Assembly (NCBI GenBank): GCA_050287085.1
Contig: JBNKBE010000006.1
Location: 1-64,000, forward strand
DNA: 64,000 nt
Source: Polyangiaceae bacterium
GTDB taxonomy: Bacteria > Myxococcota_A > Polyangia > Polyangiales > Polyangiaceae
Direction: 5' to 3'
Shown here one piece after another: positions 47,852 to 57,511 of this stretch. The translations under genes and the position numbers were made by a program. Every line of letters begins with the position of its first letter. The first letter of the stretch is position 1. The notes beneath the pieces are model-generated. The model was not told the DNA's origin, did no database searches, and saw nothing but the letters and a program-made list of their open reading frames with translations.

Positions 47852-50533
47852 TCAGACGTGAGCGCTGTAGAGCTTCTCTGGATCCACGCCTAGGTCGGCG
47901 ATCGCCTGCGCCACCAACGCCCCTGATACTTTGCCCTCCAAGCGGAGCGCATCGAGGGCGCCAATCACAATCGACTCGGCGTCGACTTCGAAGTGTCGAC
48001 GCAGCGCCTCTCGCGTGTCGCTCATGCCAAAGCCGTCGGTCCCCAGTGCAACGTAGCGCCCCGGGACCCACCGCGCGATCTGGTCTTGAACCAAGGTCAT
48101 GTAGTCGCTGGCGGCGATGACGGGCCCTTCGCTGCCGGCAAACGACTGCGAAACGTAGGGAACACGCGCTTCGGCCTCGGGATGCAGTCGATTGTAGCGC
48201 TCACACTCGAGAGCTTCGCGTCGCAGGAGTTGATAGCTGGTGACACCCCAGATGTCGGCTCCCACGTCGTAGCGCTCCGCCAGGATCTCGGCGGCTCGCA
48301 AGACCTGCAACATGATGCACCCGCTGCCGAGCAACTGCACACGGTGCGTCTTTGCTTCGCCAGACTGGTAGCGATACATCCCGCGCAGAATCCCCTCCTG
48401 GGCCCCCTCGGGCATCGGAGGCATCGGGTAGTTCTCATTCTGCAGCGTGATATAGTAGTAGATGTTTTCGCCTTCGGCGTACATCCGGCGCAAGCCATCC
48501 TGAACGATCGTCGCAAGCTCGAAAGCAAAACTGCAATCGTAGGCGAGAATGGAGGGATAAGTCGCCGCAAGCAGCAGCGAGTGACCATCCTCATGCTGAA
48601 GCCCCTCGCCATTGAGCGTGGTGCGCCCCGCCGTAGCGCCGAGCAAGAAGCCACGCCCCATCTGATCGCAACAGGCCCACATCTGATCCCCGGTCCGCTG
48701 AAAGCCGAACATCGAGTAGAAGATGTAGAACGGGATCATCGGCTCGCCGAAGGTCGAGTAACTGGCCGCCGCCGCGGTAAACGACGCCATCGAACCGGCC
48801 TCCGTGATCCCTTCCTCGAAGACCTGCCCGTTCTTTGCTTCGCGGTAGTACAGCACTCGCCCCTTATCAACGGGCTCATAGAGCTGTCCCTTGGACGAGT
48901 AGATACCCACCTGGGAAAACAACGCATCCATCCCAAAGGTGCGAGCTTCGTCGGGAACGATTGGAACGACGCGCCGCCCTACCTCTTTGTCCCGGATAAG
49001 CTTTGAAAGCAGACGCGCGAATACCATTGTGGTGGAGGCTTCGCCCGCTTTCATGCCGCCCATGAACTCGTCGTAGAGGCTGGCCCCCGGCAGGGTGATC
49101 GGCACCTGCGACTTGGCGCGACGAACCGGGATGCAGCCCCCCAGAGCCTGTCGCCGTTCCATCAGGTATTGGATCTCCTCGCTGTCGCGTCCTGGGCGAT
49201 AGAAAGGAGCCTCCTCCAACTTGTCATCAGGAACGGGGAGATCTAGGAGGTCGCGGAAGCGGCGCAAATCCTCCAGGTCCATCTTCTTCTTTTGATGGGT
49301 GACATTGCTGCCCTCGAAGTTGGGTCCCAAAGTCCAGCCTTTGACGGTGTGCGCCAATACCACCGTGGGACGTCCCTTGGTGTTTACGGCTCTGTCGTAG
49401 GCTGAATAGATCTTACTGTAGCTGTGCCCGCCCCGCCGCAAGCGCTCCAGCTGCTCGTCCGATAGATGACTGACGAGCTCGAGCAAGCGCGGATCCGAGC
49501 CGAAAAAGTGCTGCCGAATGTACGCGCCGGAGCTCGTCGTATACTTCTGGAACGCGCCGTCCACGACCTCGTTCATACGCCGACGCAACACGCCTTCCGT
49601 GTCGCGTGCGAGGATTCCGTCCCATTCTGGACCCCAGATGCACTTGACCACGTTCCAGCCGGAGCCCCGAAACACCGCTTCCAGCTCCTGGACGATCTTG
49701 CCGTTGCCACGGACCGGCCCATCAAGGCGCTGCAGATTGCAGTTGATGACGAAGGTCAGGTTATCCAACCCTTCGCGCGCTGCGACGTGCAGCGCGCCCA
49801 AGCTCTCGGGCTCGTCGCATTCTCCGTCGCCCAAGAAGGCCCACACGCGGACGTTGGAGGTGTCGGCAAGCCCGCGGTTGGCCAGGTAACGGCTAAACCG
49901 CGCCTGGTAAATCGCACTGATGGGACCGATCCCCATGCTGACGGTCGGGAATTGCCAGAAGTCCGGCATTAGACGCGGATGAGGGTATGAGGAAAGCCCC
50001 GGCTGCGCGCCCGCCTCACGCCGAAAGTGGTCTAGCTGGTCCGCTTCTAGTCGGCCCTCGACGAAGGCGCGCGAGTAGATCCCCGGCGCGGCATGCCCCT
50101 GGTAGTAGATGAGGTCGCCAATGCCATCCTTGGCGGGCCCCTTGAAGAAGTGGTTGAAGCCGACCTCGTAGAGGCTGGCGCTCGAAGCGTAGCTGGAGAG
50201 ATGCCCCCCGATACCGCTGAAGCGCTTGTTGGCTCTTTGAACCATCGCCATCGCATTCCAGCGGACGATGCGACGAATGCGCTTCTCGATCCCCGCGTCC
50301 CCCGGAAACGCCGGCTCCTCCTCAGCTGGAATGGTGTTCACGTAGTCCGTGCTGACAGGCAGCTCAGGCAGCGCACTTGCGCGGCCGGCGCGTTCGACCA
50401 AACGCTGAAGCACGTAGCGGGTGCGGCCCTTGCCGCGCGCGGCAACAAGCGAGTCGAGCGAATCAAGCCAGTCGGCAGTCTCGCTGGGGTCTTGGTCCAA
50501 GAGGTCTGTGGAAGTGATGTCAGATTGGGTCAC
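47852..50533 (-). CDS. aceE: Pyruvate dehydrogenase E1, homodimeric type
   Basis: GGHLSSYAS, YQGHAAPG.Y, QFPTVSMG, GDGECDEPE, NCNLQRLDGPV and GEGLQHEDG. Confidence 0.96.
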   Translation of the reverse strand: MTQSDITSTDLLDQDPSETADWLDSLDSLVAARGKGRTRYVLQRLVERAGRASALPELPVSTDYVNTIPAEEEPAFPGDAGIEKRIRRIVRWNAMAMVQRANKRFSGIGGHLSSYASSASLYEVGFNHFFKGPAKDGIGDLIYYQGHAAPGIYSRAFVEGRLEADQLDHFRREAGAQPGLSSYPHPRLMPDFWQFPTVSMGIGPISAIYQARFSRYLANRGLADTSNVRVWAFLGDGECDEPESLGALHVAAREGLDNLTFVINCNLQRLDGPVRGNGKIVQELEAVFRGSGWNVVKCIWGPEWDGILARDTEGVLRRRMNEVVDGAFQKYTTSSGAYIRQHFFGSDPRLLELVSHLSDEQLERLRRGGHSYSKIYSAYDRAVNTKGRPTVVLAHTVKGWTLGPNFEGSNVTHQKKKMDLEDLRRFRDLLDLPVPDDKLEEAPFYRPGRDSEEIQYLMERRQALGGCIPVRRAKSQVPITLPGASLYDEFMGGMKAGEASTTMVFARLLSKLIRDKEVGRRVVPIVPDEARTFGMDALFSQVGIYSSKGQLYEPVDKGRVLYYREAKNGQVFEEGITEAGSMASFTAAAASYSTFGEPMIPFYIFYSMFGFQRTGDQMWACCDQMGRGFLLGATAGRTTLNGEGLQHEDGHSLLLAATYPSILAYDCSFAFELATIVQDGLRRMYAEGENIYYYITLQNENYPMPPMPEGAQEGILRGMYRYQSGEAKTHRVQLLGSGCIMLQVLRAAEILAERYDVGADIWGVTSYQLLRREALECERYNRLHPEAEARVPYVSQSFAGSEGPVIAASDYMTLVQDQIARWVPGRYVALGTDGFGMSDTREALRRHFEVDAESIVIGALDALRLEGKVSGALVAQAIADLGVDPEKLYSAHV

Positions 50534-51030
50534 GATGGCCTTTTGCTGCGTTCGGCGTGTGCACTGCGGGCACCGTTGCTGAACTCGTGTTGCCGTTGCA
50601 TTGCCGCTTGTGCGGCCGCGGTAAACTGGTGCTTTGGACAGGGGACCCTAGCGCGTGCCGGAGGTCGAAGGTAAGCCGTTTTTCGGCCGTACACACATCC
50701 GCCGCGCCCTATTCCGGGCGGGCATCCAGCGGCTTTCGGCCGCGCCTTTGAGCTCGGAAACGCCCGCGTCATGCACCCACGCCCGGAAACCGTCGAGCAA
50801 CACGCCATGGCGCAGAGCGTCATGGCACGGTCCGCTCTTGGCCGGCCCAGTCGACAGTGGGGACGCCGGCCCCACACGCCGTCCGAGCAGCCCGGTCGCC
50901 TTCGCTCAGTCAAGACGCCAACCCGCATTTGGTCGCGGAACCGTTTTTCCGTCCGCACAGACCGCCACTCGCCCGAGTAAACCCAATGATGACTCGCGCA
51001 AGGGAACTTCGAGCTCCACAACCTTCGTCC

Positions 51031-52203
51031 ATGCAGCCCCGCATCGTCGCTGTCCTCACGTTCGCCGTCGTAAGCCTGGGCTTGTTGTCCCTTGGCCACT
51101 ACTACCTCTGGAGCCGCCTCGTCCGCGACACACAGCTCCCGAGTCCCTGGCGCAAGCCTCTGGCCCTCGCGTTGATCGTGTTGGGCGTCAACCTCCCCCT
51201 CGGCATCGTTCTCCCTCGCTGGTTTGGGGGCGTATGGGTGAGCCTCTGGGCAAGGCTCGTACTCGCTTGGCTAGGCACCCTGTGGCTGCTGCTGGCGGCC
51301 ACCGCCGCGCTCGAACTTGTGCGACGGCTGCTGCAAGTGGCGCAACCAAAACGAGCTCTCGACCCGACGCGGCGCAACGCGCTCAAACGCCTCACGGGCA
51401 TCGGTGCAGCCGGTCTGGGGGGTGGCGCCGCCCTTGTCGCCCTCGCAGAAGCCGGCAAGATCACGCTTCCCGAGGTCGAAGTCTCCCTTCCGCGCCTTCC
51501 GCGTCCATTCGATGGTCTACGGATCGCCCATCTGAGCGACGTGCACGTCGGCCCCACCCTCCAGCGCGACTTCGTCGAGAGCCTGGTGGAACAAGTCAAC
51601 GCCAGAAGCCCGGACCTCGTTGTCATCACAGGCGACTTGGTGGACGGGAGCGTCGCTCAGCTCAAGGAGTGCGTCGCTCCGCTGTCGAAGCTGCGCTCGC
51701 GCTTTGGGACGTTTTTTGTGACGGGCAATCACGAGTACTACTCCGGGGCCGAAGAGTGGTGCCAGCATCTGCCATCGCTAGGGATCCGCGTGCTCCGCAA
51801 TGAGTCCGAGCCGTTGGAGCTCGACGGCCACCGGATTCAAGTCGCGGGAGTGGAAGACTTCCATGCCGATCGTTACGGTTCGCCCTCCGAGCTCGTCCGA
51901 GCCCTGAGCCAGCGGGTTCCCAATGAAGTGGTCGTATTGCTAGCGCATCAACCTCGCTCCGTTTACGAAGCAGCCGCCTTGGACGTCGACCTGCAGTTGA
52001 GCGGGCACACGCACGGCGGCCAGCTGTGGCCCTTCAACTGGCTCGTACGACTGCAACAACCCGTGGTCGCCGGCCTGGAACGAATCGGCTCAACGCTGGT
52101 ATACGTCAGCCGCGGCACCGGGTACTGGGGACCCCCGATGCGACTGGGTGCCCCCGCCGAGATCGCCCTCATCACGTTGCGGAGCTCAGCTGCGACGGCC
52201 TAG
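51031..52203 (+). CDS. Membrane-bound metallophosphoesterase (YkuE-like)
   Basis: N-terminal TM helices, then SDVH, TGDLVDG, GNHE, LAHQP and SGHTHGGQ. Start uncertain. Confidence 0.9.
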   Translation: MQPRIVAVLTFAVVSLGLLSLGHYYLWSRLVRDTQLPSPWRKPLALALIVLGVNLPLGIVLPRWFGGVWVSLWARLVLAWLGTLWLLLAATAALELVRRLLQVAQPKRALDPTRRNALKRLTGIGAAGLGGGAALVALAEAGKITLPEVEVSLPRLPRPFDGLRIAHLSDVHVGPTLQRDFVESLVEQVNARSPDLVVITGDLVDGSVAQLKECVAPLSKLRSRFGTFFVTGNHEYYSGAEEWCQHLPSLGIRVLRNESEPLELDGHRIQVAGVEDFHADRYGSPSELVRALSQRVPNEVVVLLAHQPRSVYEAAALDVDLQLSGHTHGGQLWPFNWLVRLQQPVVAGLERIGSTLVYVSRGTGYWGPPMRLGAPAEIALITLRSSAATA

Positions 52204-52380
52204 CCAAAGCTTGATTGATAGTCGGTCCGGAGCTACCCCACCGGGCTTTGCCAAGTCCTCGGCGAACGCCGGTCCCGACTGAACCGTTGCCCTCGCAGTC
52301 GCACGCAATCATCAGCAAGGCGTGCTTCAACCGGCCCCCCGAAAACCGAACCCCCTCCCACCGGCCGACCCCCGAAGCGC

Positions 52381-52403
52381 GGGGAGCGAACAACTCGCTC
52401 CCC
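52381..52403. terminator. Hairpin between convergent genes
   Basis: GGGGAGCGA-ACAAC-TCGCTCCCC forms a 9-bp stem. Confidence 0.45.
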
Positions 52404-52454
52404 CCTCCTCCGATCAAAGCTCCGGCCTAGCCCAGCCGACGACGCCACGCACTG

Positions 52455-54020
52455 CTAATCAATAGATACGCCGCACTGCCGCAAAATGCTGCGCGCGACG
52501 CGAATCCCGTCCAACGCAGCACTCATGATGCCGCCAGCGTACCCTGCCCCTTCCCCGGCGGGATACAGTCCCTCGAAGCCGGGCACACTACACCTCTCGT
52601 CGCGTACGACTCGGACAGGGCAACTGGTCCGCGATTCGACCCCGACGAGCACAGCTTCGTCGCGTACGAAACCCTCGAGCTGCTTTCCAAAGTGCTGAAT
52701 GCCTCGACGCAGGGGTTCGACCAACGCAAGCCCCGTACAATCCAGAACGGTGCTCAAATCTGTCGCAACGAGCCCGGGGACGTAGCTGGAGTCGGGAACC
52801 GAGCTGGAAGCGCGGCCCCTCAGGAAATCCGGGATGCGCGTTGCCGGAGCCGCTAATCCAGAGCCGGCATCCCACGCGGCGCGCTCGATCGCCGCTTGTG
52901 CCTCAACCCCCGCCAGGGGACCCACAAATCCGGCGCGCGCCAAGGCCTCGAGAGTCACACCTACGACGATCCCGCTGTTTGCGTAGCGGGAGTCTCGCCG
53001 CGAAAGGCTCATGCCATTGACGACCAATTCACCAGGACTGGTGGAAGCCGGGACGATGAAGCCGCCAGGACACATGCAGAACGAAAACACCGGGGGCTCC
53101 TGCCGACTGTCCACCAGCTTGTAGTAAGCTGCGGGCAACGACGGATGCTGAGCGTGACGGCCGTATTGGGCAGAATTGACGACCGTCTGAGGGTGCTCGA
53201 CCCGAACTCCGACGGCAAATGGCTTCGCCTCGAGAGGGACACCGATCTGCTGCAACATGACAAAGACATCACGTGCCGAATGCCCCGTTGCCAGAACGAG
53301 GTGCGCTGCCTCTAGCCGCTCCCCGCTGTGCAGGTGTACCACGTGCCGCCCGGGTCGCTCCCTGGCGATCGCCGATACGCGACTATCGAAGCGGAACTGT
53401 ACCCCCTCAGCCTCGAGCGCTGCGCGCATGGAAGAGACTACCTGGGGCAGGCGATTGCTCCCGATGTGCGGGCGAGCGTCCACCAGGATGGCGTCTGGCG
53501 CGCCGTGATGCACAAGGGTACGCAGCACGTCGCGAACGTCACCACGCTTATGCGAACGGGTGTAGAGTTTTCCGTCGCTATACGTCCCGGCGCCACCTTC
53601 ACCGAAGCAGTAGTTGCTATCTGGATTGACCGTACCTTTGCGCGTAAGTCCCTTCAGGTCCTTTCGGCGCGGCTGCACGGGCTTGCCACGCTCCAGCACG
53701 GTGCTCCCTACCCCAAAGCGAGCCAACTCGTAGGCACAGAACAGCCCTGTGGGACCGTCTCCAACGATATACACGCGCTCGTCACGCTCGGTGACGCGCA
53801 GGGGTCGCAGCGGCGGCTCCGGCGTTGGCTCGACCTCGACGTGGTGCACAAAGCGCACGCGCCCGCGCCGACAATCGAGCGAGCGCCGGCGCACCACGTA
53901 TCGGGGCAGCTCAGCCACGTCCACGCGCAGCGCCGTTGCCAACGCCCGCGCCAAAGCGCTGACATCCGCCTCTTCATCCGGCGAAAGCGAAAGCGTTACA
54001 GCGCGCACGTCAGCGGTCAT
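52455..54020 (-). CDS. FAD-dependent oxidoreductase (COG2509-like)
   Basis: G.GP.GLF, FGEGGAGTYSDGKL, LATGHSARD, SFCMCPGG and GEGAGYAGGIMSAALDG. Confidence 0.9.
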   Translation of the reverse strand: MTADVRAVTLSLSPDEEADVSALARALATALRVDVAELPRYVVRRRSLDCRRGRVRFVHHVEVEPTPEPPLRPLRVTERDERVYIVGDGPTGLFCAYELARFGVGSTVLERGKPVQPRRKDLKGLTRKGTVNPDSNYCFGEGGAGTYSDGKLYTRSHKRGDVRDVLRTLVHHGAPDAILVDARPHIGSNRLPQVVSSMRAALEAEGVQFRFDSRVSAIARERPGRHVVHLHSGERLEAAHLVLATGHSARDVFVMLQQIGVPLEAKPFAVGVRVEHPQTVVNSAQYGRHAQHPSLPAAYYKLVDSRQEPPVFSFCMCPGGFIVPASTSPGELVVNGMSLSRRDSRYANSGIVVGVTLEALARAGFVGPLAGVEAQAAIERAAWDAGSGLAAPATRIPDFLRGRASSSVPDSSYVPGLVATDLSTVLDCTGLALVEPLRRGIQHFGKQLEGFVRDEAVLVGVESRTSCPVRVVRDERCSVPGFEGLYPAGEGAGYAGGIMSAALDGIRVARSILRQCGVSID

Positions 54021-57000
54021 GACGGGTGGACCTCACGAACCGAGCCATTCGGCGTCTCCGACGATAGTACATGAAGGCCGAGTCGCTCGCTCGGCACTAC
54101 GGCCTGTGCCAAGTCGACCAAACGCGAGTGATGAGTAAAGAAGACGACCTGGGTTTCCATCGCAACCTCGGACAAGACCTCGAGTGCAGCACGCGCCCGG
54201 TGATCGTCGAAGTGGATCAGGATGTCGTCGAGCACCAGGGGCATTGCACGACGGTGTTTCAGAAAGTGCAGCAGGCTGGCCAGACGGAGCGCCAGGTAGA
54301 GCTGATCGCGCGTGCCATCACTGAGTTGCGACACTTCGACCTCAGCGCCGTTCGCCTGCACGCAAAGCAAGATTTGCTGGTCCTTCCGGTCGAAGCCGGT
54401 CCGGAGCCCCGTATATTGTCCACACGTAAGTCGAGGGAATAGCTGCTGGGCGTGGGTTATGACCGGTCCTTGATGCGCCTCGCGGTAGCGCTCTATCTCT
54501 TGTTCCAAAAGCAGCGCGGCGAGCCGGAGACGTACGTACTCAGCAGCCGAGCGCTTCAGCGAGGCGACCTCTGCCGCAAGTTCTTCGGCCGCGCGATTGG
54601 CCCCGGAGCGGAAGCGATTCAGTTCGCGTTCAAGGGTCGCGCGCCGCTCGACAACGGCTTCGATGCGCTCCTCAATGGGTCGTATCAGCTCACCGATGGC
54701 GCTCCGCCGTTCCTCCGCGTGCTCGGTATCCAGCGCTGCCACCTCCTCCACCAAGCGTGCAAGCTCTCGTCCGCCGCCCTGCGCCAAGATGTCCGTCACC
54801 AAGTTCTCACGTTGCGCCTCCAGCGCACGTGCCTTCTCTAGGCGCTGCTCCAGCTCGACCAACTGCTCGAGGTCCTGGGCTCCGGCGCGCTGCATGAGCT
54901 CCTGCAGGCGCTGCTCCGCCTCGGCCATGAGCCCGCTCGCACGCCGAGAAGCCGTGGCGTGCTGTTCGCAGTCCGCCTCAAGCTGAAGACGTGTCACCTG
55001 ATCAGCCAGATACTGACGCTGGGCCGCGATGAATGTGGTCACGCACTCGTCCGTAGACGTCGAAGACGGCATTGGCATAACACGATCCAGTACCTGGCGA
55101 ATGTCGCGATCGAGCTCGCCTGCGTCCCGTCGCATGCTCTCAATACGCCCGCCAAGGGCTTCAGCCTCGCTTACCTTCTGTTGAAGCTCCGTTCGGACGT
55201 CTAGCACGCCGTACACCGCGTCACTGCCAGCATCCTTGGACAAGGACAGGGCCTTCAAAGCCCGCTGCCATTCGCCTCGCCACTCCTTGTACTGAGTCTG
55301 CAGCTTGTTCACCTGTGCAGTGGCCTCATCGACGTCGGCGCTCGCAGCCTGAACCTGCTCCGTCAGCCGCGTATGGTTATGCTCTGCGCTTCGGGCACGC
55401 GTCAGGCAGTCCTGCGCGCGGTCGACCAACTGCGGCAAGGACTCCCACATCATGTGCTCGGCTTCACCCGCTCGCTGCAAGGCCTCCGACAGTTCACGGG
55501 TGACTACCGCTACGTCCTTCTCCAATTCCCGAGCGCTCTCGAGCCAGCTCCTTCGCTCCTCCTCCTCCGAACGCTGCCGCTCCGCGCTGACGAGCCATGC
55601 GCGCATTTCCTCGGGGGAAGCCGGTTTCAGGTTAAGTTCTTGCCACACGCGTGCCCACTCTTCATCGATCGCGATGAGCGCCTGCGTTTCCTCCTCCAGC
55701 CGCTTTTCCAACCAAGTATCTTGCTCGGCCAATGCCTGCAGCTCGGACTGCAGTTGCGCTTTCTGACTGGTCCGCGTGGCCTCCGCCACCAGCCGGTCCC
55801 CGTAGACGTCACACGTGCGAATCGCTGCGCCCAGCGCTTGACGCGCTGCCGCATCCCAGCGCTTCGCTGAGAGCAGCTCATCCCGATCCGCTCGAAGTTC
55901 CGACAGGCGCTGATGGTCGGGGACTTCTACGCCCCCTTCCAGAGCCCGCAGGTCAGCACGGACGCGAAGCTTGCGAGCCTCCGCTTCCTCGCGCCGTTCG
56001 AGCAAACGCCCACGTCGCTTGGCCCCCTCTGCGTAGCGCTGGGCGTACACCAGCACAGTCGACTCATCGGGCAAGGCGCGCTGCAAGAGCACTGCGGCGT
56101 CGCCTCCAAAACGCACCAGATCCTTGGCGGCGACCTCCAGCCGCAGCTGCAGCGCCGTCGCCCGCTCGCGCAATGCGTCCGCCCGTGACTTCTTGTCGAG
56201 TTGCGCCCGCGCGCGCTGCAGAGCTCGTTCCAAAGGCGCTGAAGGCGCTGGGGTGCGACTGGCCGCCAGGATCTTTTTGCGCTGACGCAAGGTCGCTGCG
56301 GCACTCTGAGCCTGTTCGGAGCGAGCCTGAAGCTGGGCTTCATAACGCGTCTTGTCGTCCGCGAGACGCCGGAGCTGAAGTTCCTGCGTGCGACTGAGCC
56401 GGTACTCGGAAGCGCTGCTAGGGTCGCCTTCGACCCCGAGCTCGCGCAGCAATCTCTCGATCTGGTGATGCAGGGCCGACAGCTCACCCTCGCGTTTGGG
56501 CAGGTCGCGTTGCGCCTTGCGGTGCTGCCCAAGGCGCTCTGTGAAGTCCTCGCACAACCTCGGGTCAAGACCTTGCCACGACGGCTGAACTGCAAGTCCA
56601 TCGAGACGCTCGCGGGCTCGGCGTAGCTCTTCGGTGTATAGGGCCAGGTCGCGCTGCGCCTGATCACGGGCGTGCATCGCTTCGATTCGCCACTCTCGGA
56701 CTTCAAGCGGCATGTGCGGAACAGGTCCGAGGCGCCTTAGCTGTTGCTCGATCTGGCGAAGACGCGCGACGTGCGGCACCAGCGCTAGCAATCGCAGCAA
56801 ACCGCGCTCCTCGGCGCGCAGCGCGTCGCGTCGCGTCTTCAGTTCGTCCAGCTCGCGCTGTAGCTCCAGTAGGTCGCGTTCATGCTCGACAAAAGCACGT
56901 GCGCTCACCGAGGCCGCCGCCACGGCTTGTCGCGCCGAACGAACCGCCTCGATGCCCTGATTGATACGCTTTCGGCCGCGACCGCGCTCGGTGAACAACT

Positions 57001-57511
57001 CGTCAGCACCACCGCGCAGACTCTGCAAGACCACGCGACTGCTGAGAGTGCCAGACCCAGCCCCAAACAGGCTCTCCGACACACTTCCAGACGCGTCCAA
57101 GAGCTCCTTTGCGCCGCGCCGGAGTCGTTCATGGTCGAGGCCGAACATGGCCGCGAAGAGTTGCTCATCAACCCCTTCGAGCAAGTCGAGCAGAACACTT
57201 TCCGACAGCGGGGCGCCGTCAGCGTCCAGCAACGTGTCCTTGCGCCCTTTGCGACGAAACAACGTCAGCGGCTCCCCCCCGTCGGCCTGCAGCGTCATGC
57301 CGATCCGGAGCTTTCTGGGCTCGTGCAGGAAGGCGTCCGGAGTCTCGTTGGGAATGCCGAAAAGGAAGTCTGATATGGCGCGCAGCGTAGTGCTCTTACC
57401 CGCTTCATTGAGACCGTAGACGACGTGCAGCCCAGCGCTTGGCTCACTGAAGTCGAGCTCCCGTGCCGTGAAGCGGCCGTACGCGGCCAGATGCAGCTTG
57501 AGTAGTCTCAC
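54017..57511 (-). CDS. YhaN-like SMC/Rad50-type coiled-coil ATPase (AAA_27)
   Basis: Walker A GLNEAGKST, long coiled coil, signature LSDGTRDQLYLALRL, Walker B LVLDD and H-loop FTHH. Confidence 0.9.
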   Translation of the reverse strand: MRLLKLHLAAYGRFTARELDFSEPSAGLHVVYGLNEAGKSTTLRAISDFLFGIPNETPDAFLHEPRKLRIGMTLQADGGEPLTLFRRKGRKDTLLDADGAPLSESVLLDLLEGVDEQLFAAMFGLDHERLRRGAKELLDASGSVSESLFGAGSGTLSSRVVLQSLRGGADELFTERGRGRKRINQGIEAVRSARQAVAAASVSARAFVEHERDLLELQRELDELKTRRDALRAEERGLLRLLALVPHVARLRQIEQQLRRLGPVPHMPLEVREWRIEAMHARDQAQRDLALYTEELRRARERLDGLAVQPSWQGLDPRLCEDFTERLGQHRKAQRDLPKREGELSALHHQIERLLRELGVEGDPSSASEYRLSRTQELQLRRLADDKTRYEAQLQARSEQAQSAAATLRQRKKILAASRTPAPSAPLERALQRARAQLDKKSRADALRERATALQLRLEVAAKDLVRFGGDAAVLLQRALPDESTVLVYAQRYAEGAKRRGRLLERREEAEARKLRVRADLRALEGGVEVPDHQRLSELRADRDELLSAKRWDAAARQALGAAIRTCDVYGDRLVAEATRTSQKAQLQSELQALAEQDTWLEKRLEEETQALIAIDEEWARVWQELNLKPASPEEMRAWLVSAERQRSEEEERRSWLESARELEKDVAVVTRELSEALQRAGEAEHMMWESLPQLVDRAQDCLTRARSAEHNHTRLTEQVQAASADVDEATAQVNKLQTQYKEWRGEWQRALKALSLSKDAGSDAVYGVLDVRTELQQKVSEAEALGGRIESMRRDAGELDRDIRQVLDRVMPMPSSTSTDECVTTFIAAQRQYLADQVTRLQLEADCEQHATASRRASGLMAEAEQRLQELMQRAGAQDLEQLVELEQRLEKARALEAQRENLVTDILAQGGGRELARLVEEVAALDTEHAEERRSAIGELIRPIEERIEAVVERRATLERELNRFRSGANRAAEELAAEVASLKRSAAEYVRLRLAALLLEQEIERYREAHQGPVITHAQQLFPRLTCGQYTGLRTGFDRKDQQILLCVQANGAEVEVSQLSDGTRDQLYLALRLASLLHFLKHRRAMPLVLDDILIHFDDHRARAALEVLSEVAMETQVVFFTHHSRLVDLAQAVVPSERLGLHVLSSETPNGSVREVHPS

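Noticed and set aside
52280..52320. CTGATGA on the minus strand followed by a TTGC/GCAA stem, as a hammerhead ribozyme
   Set aside because: The required GAAA after stem II is absent (CGGT instead).
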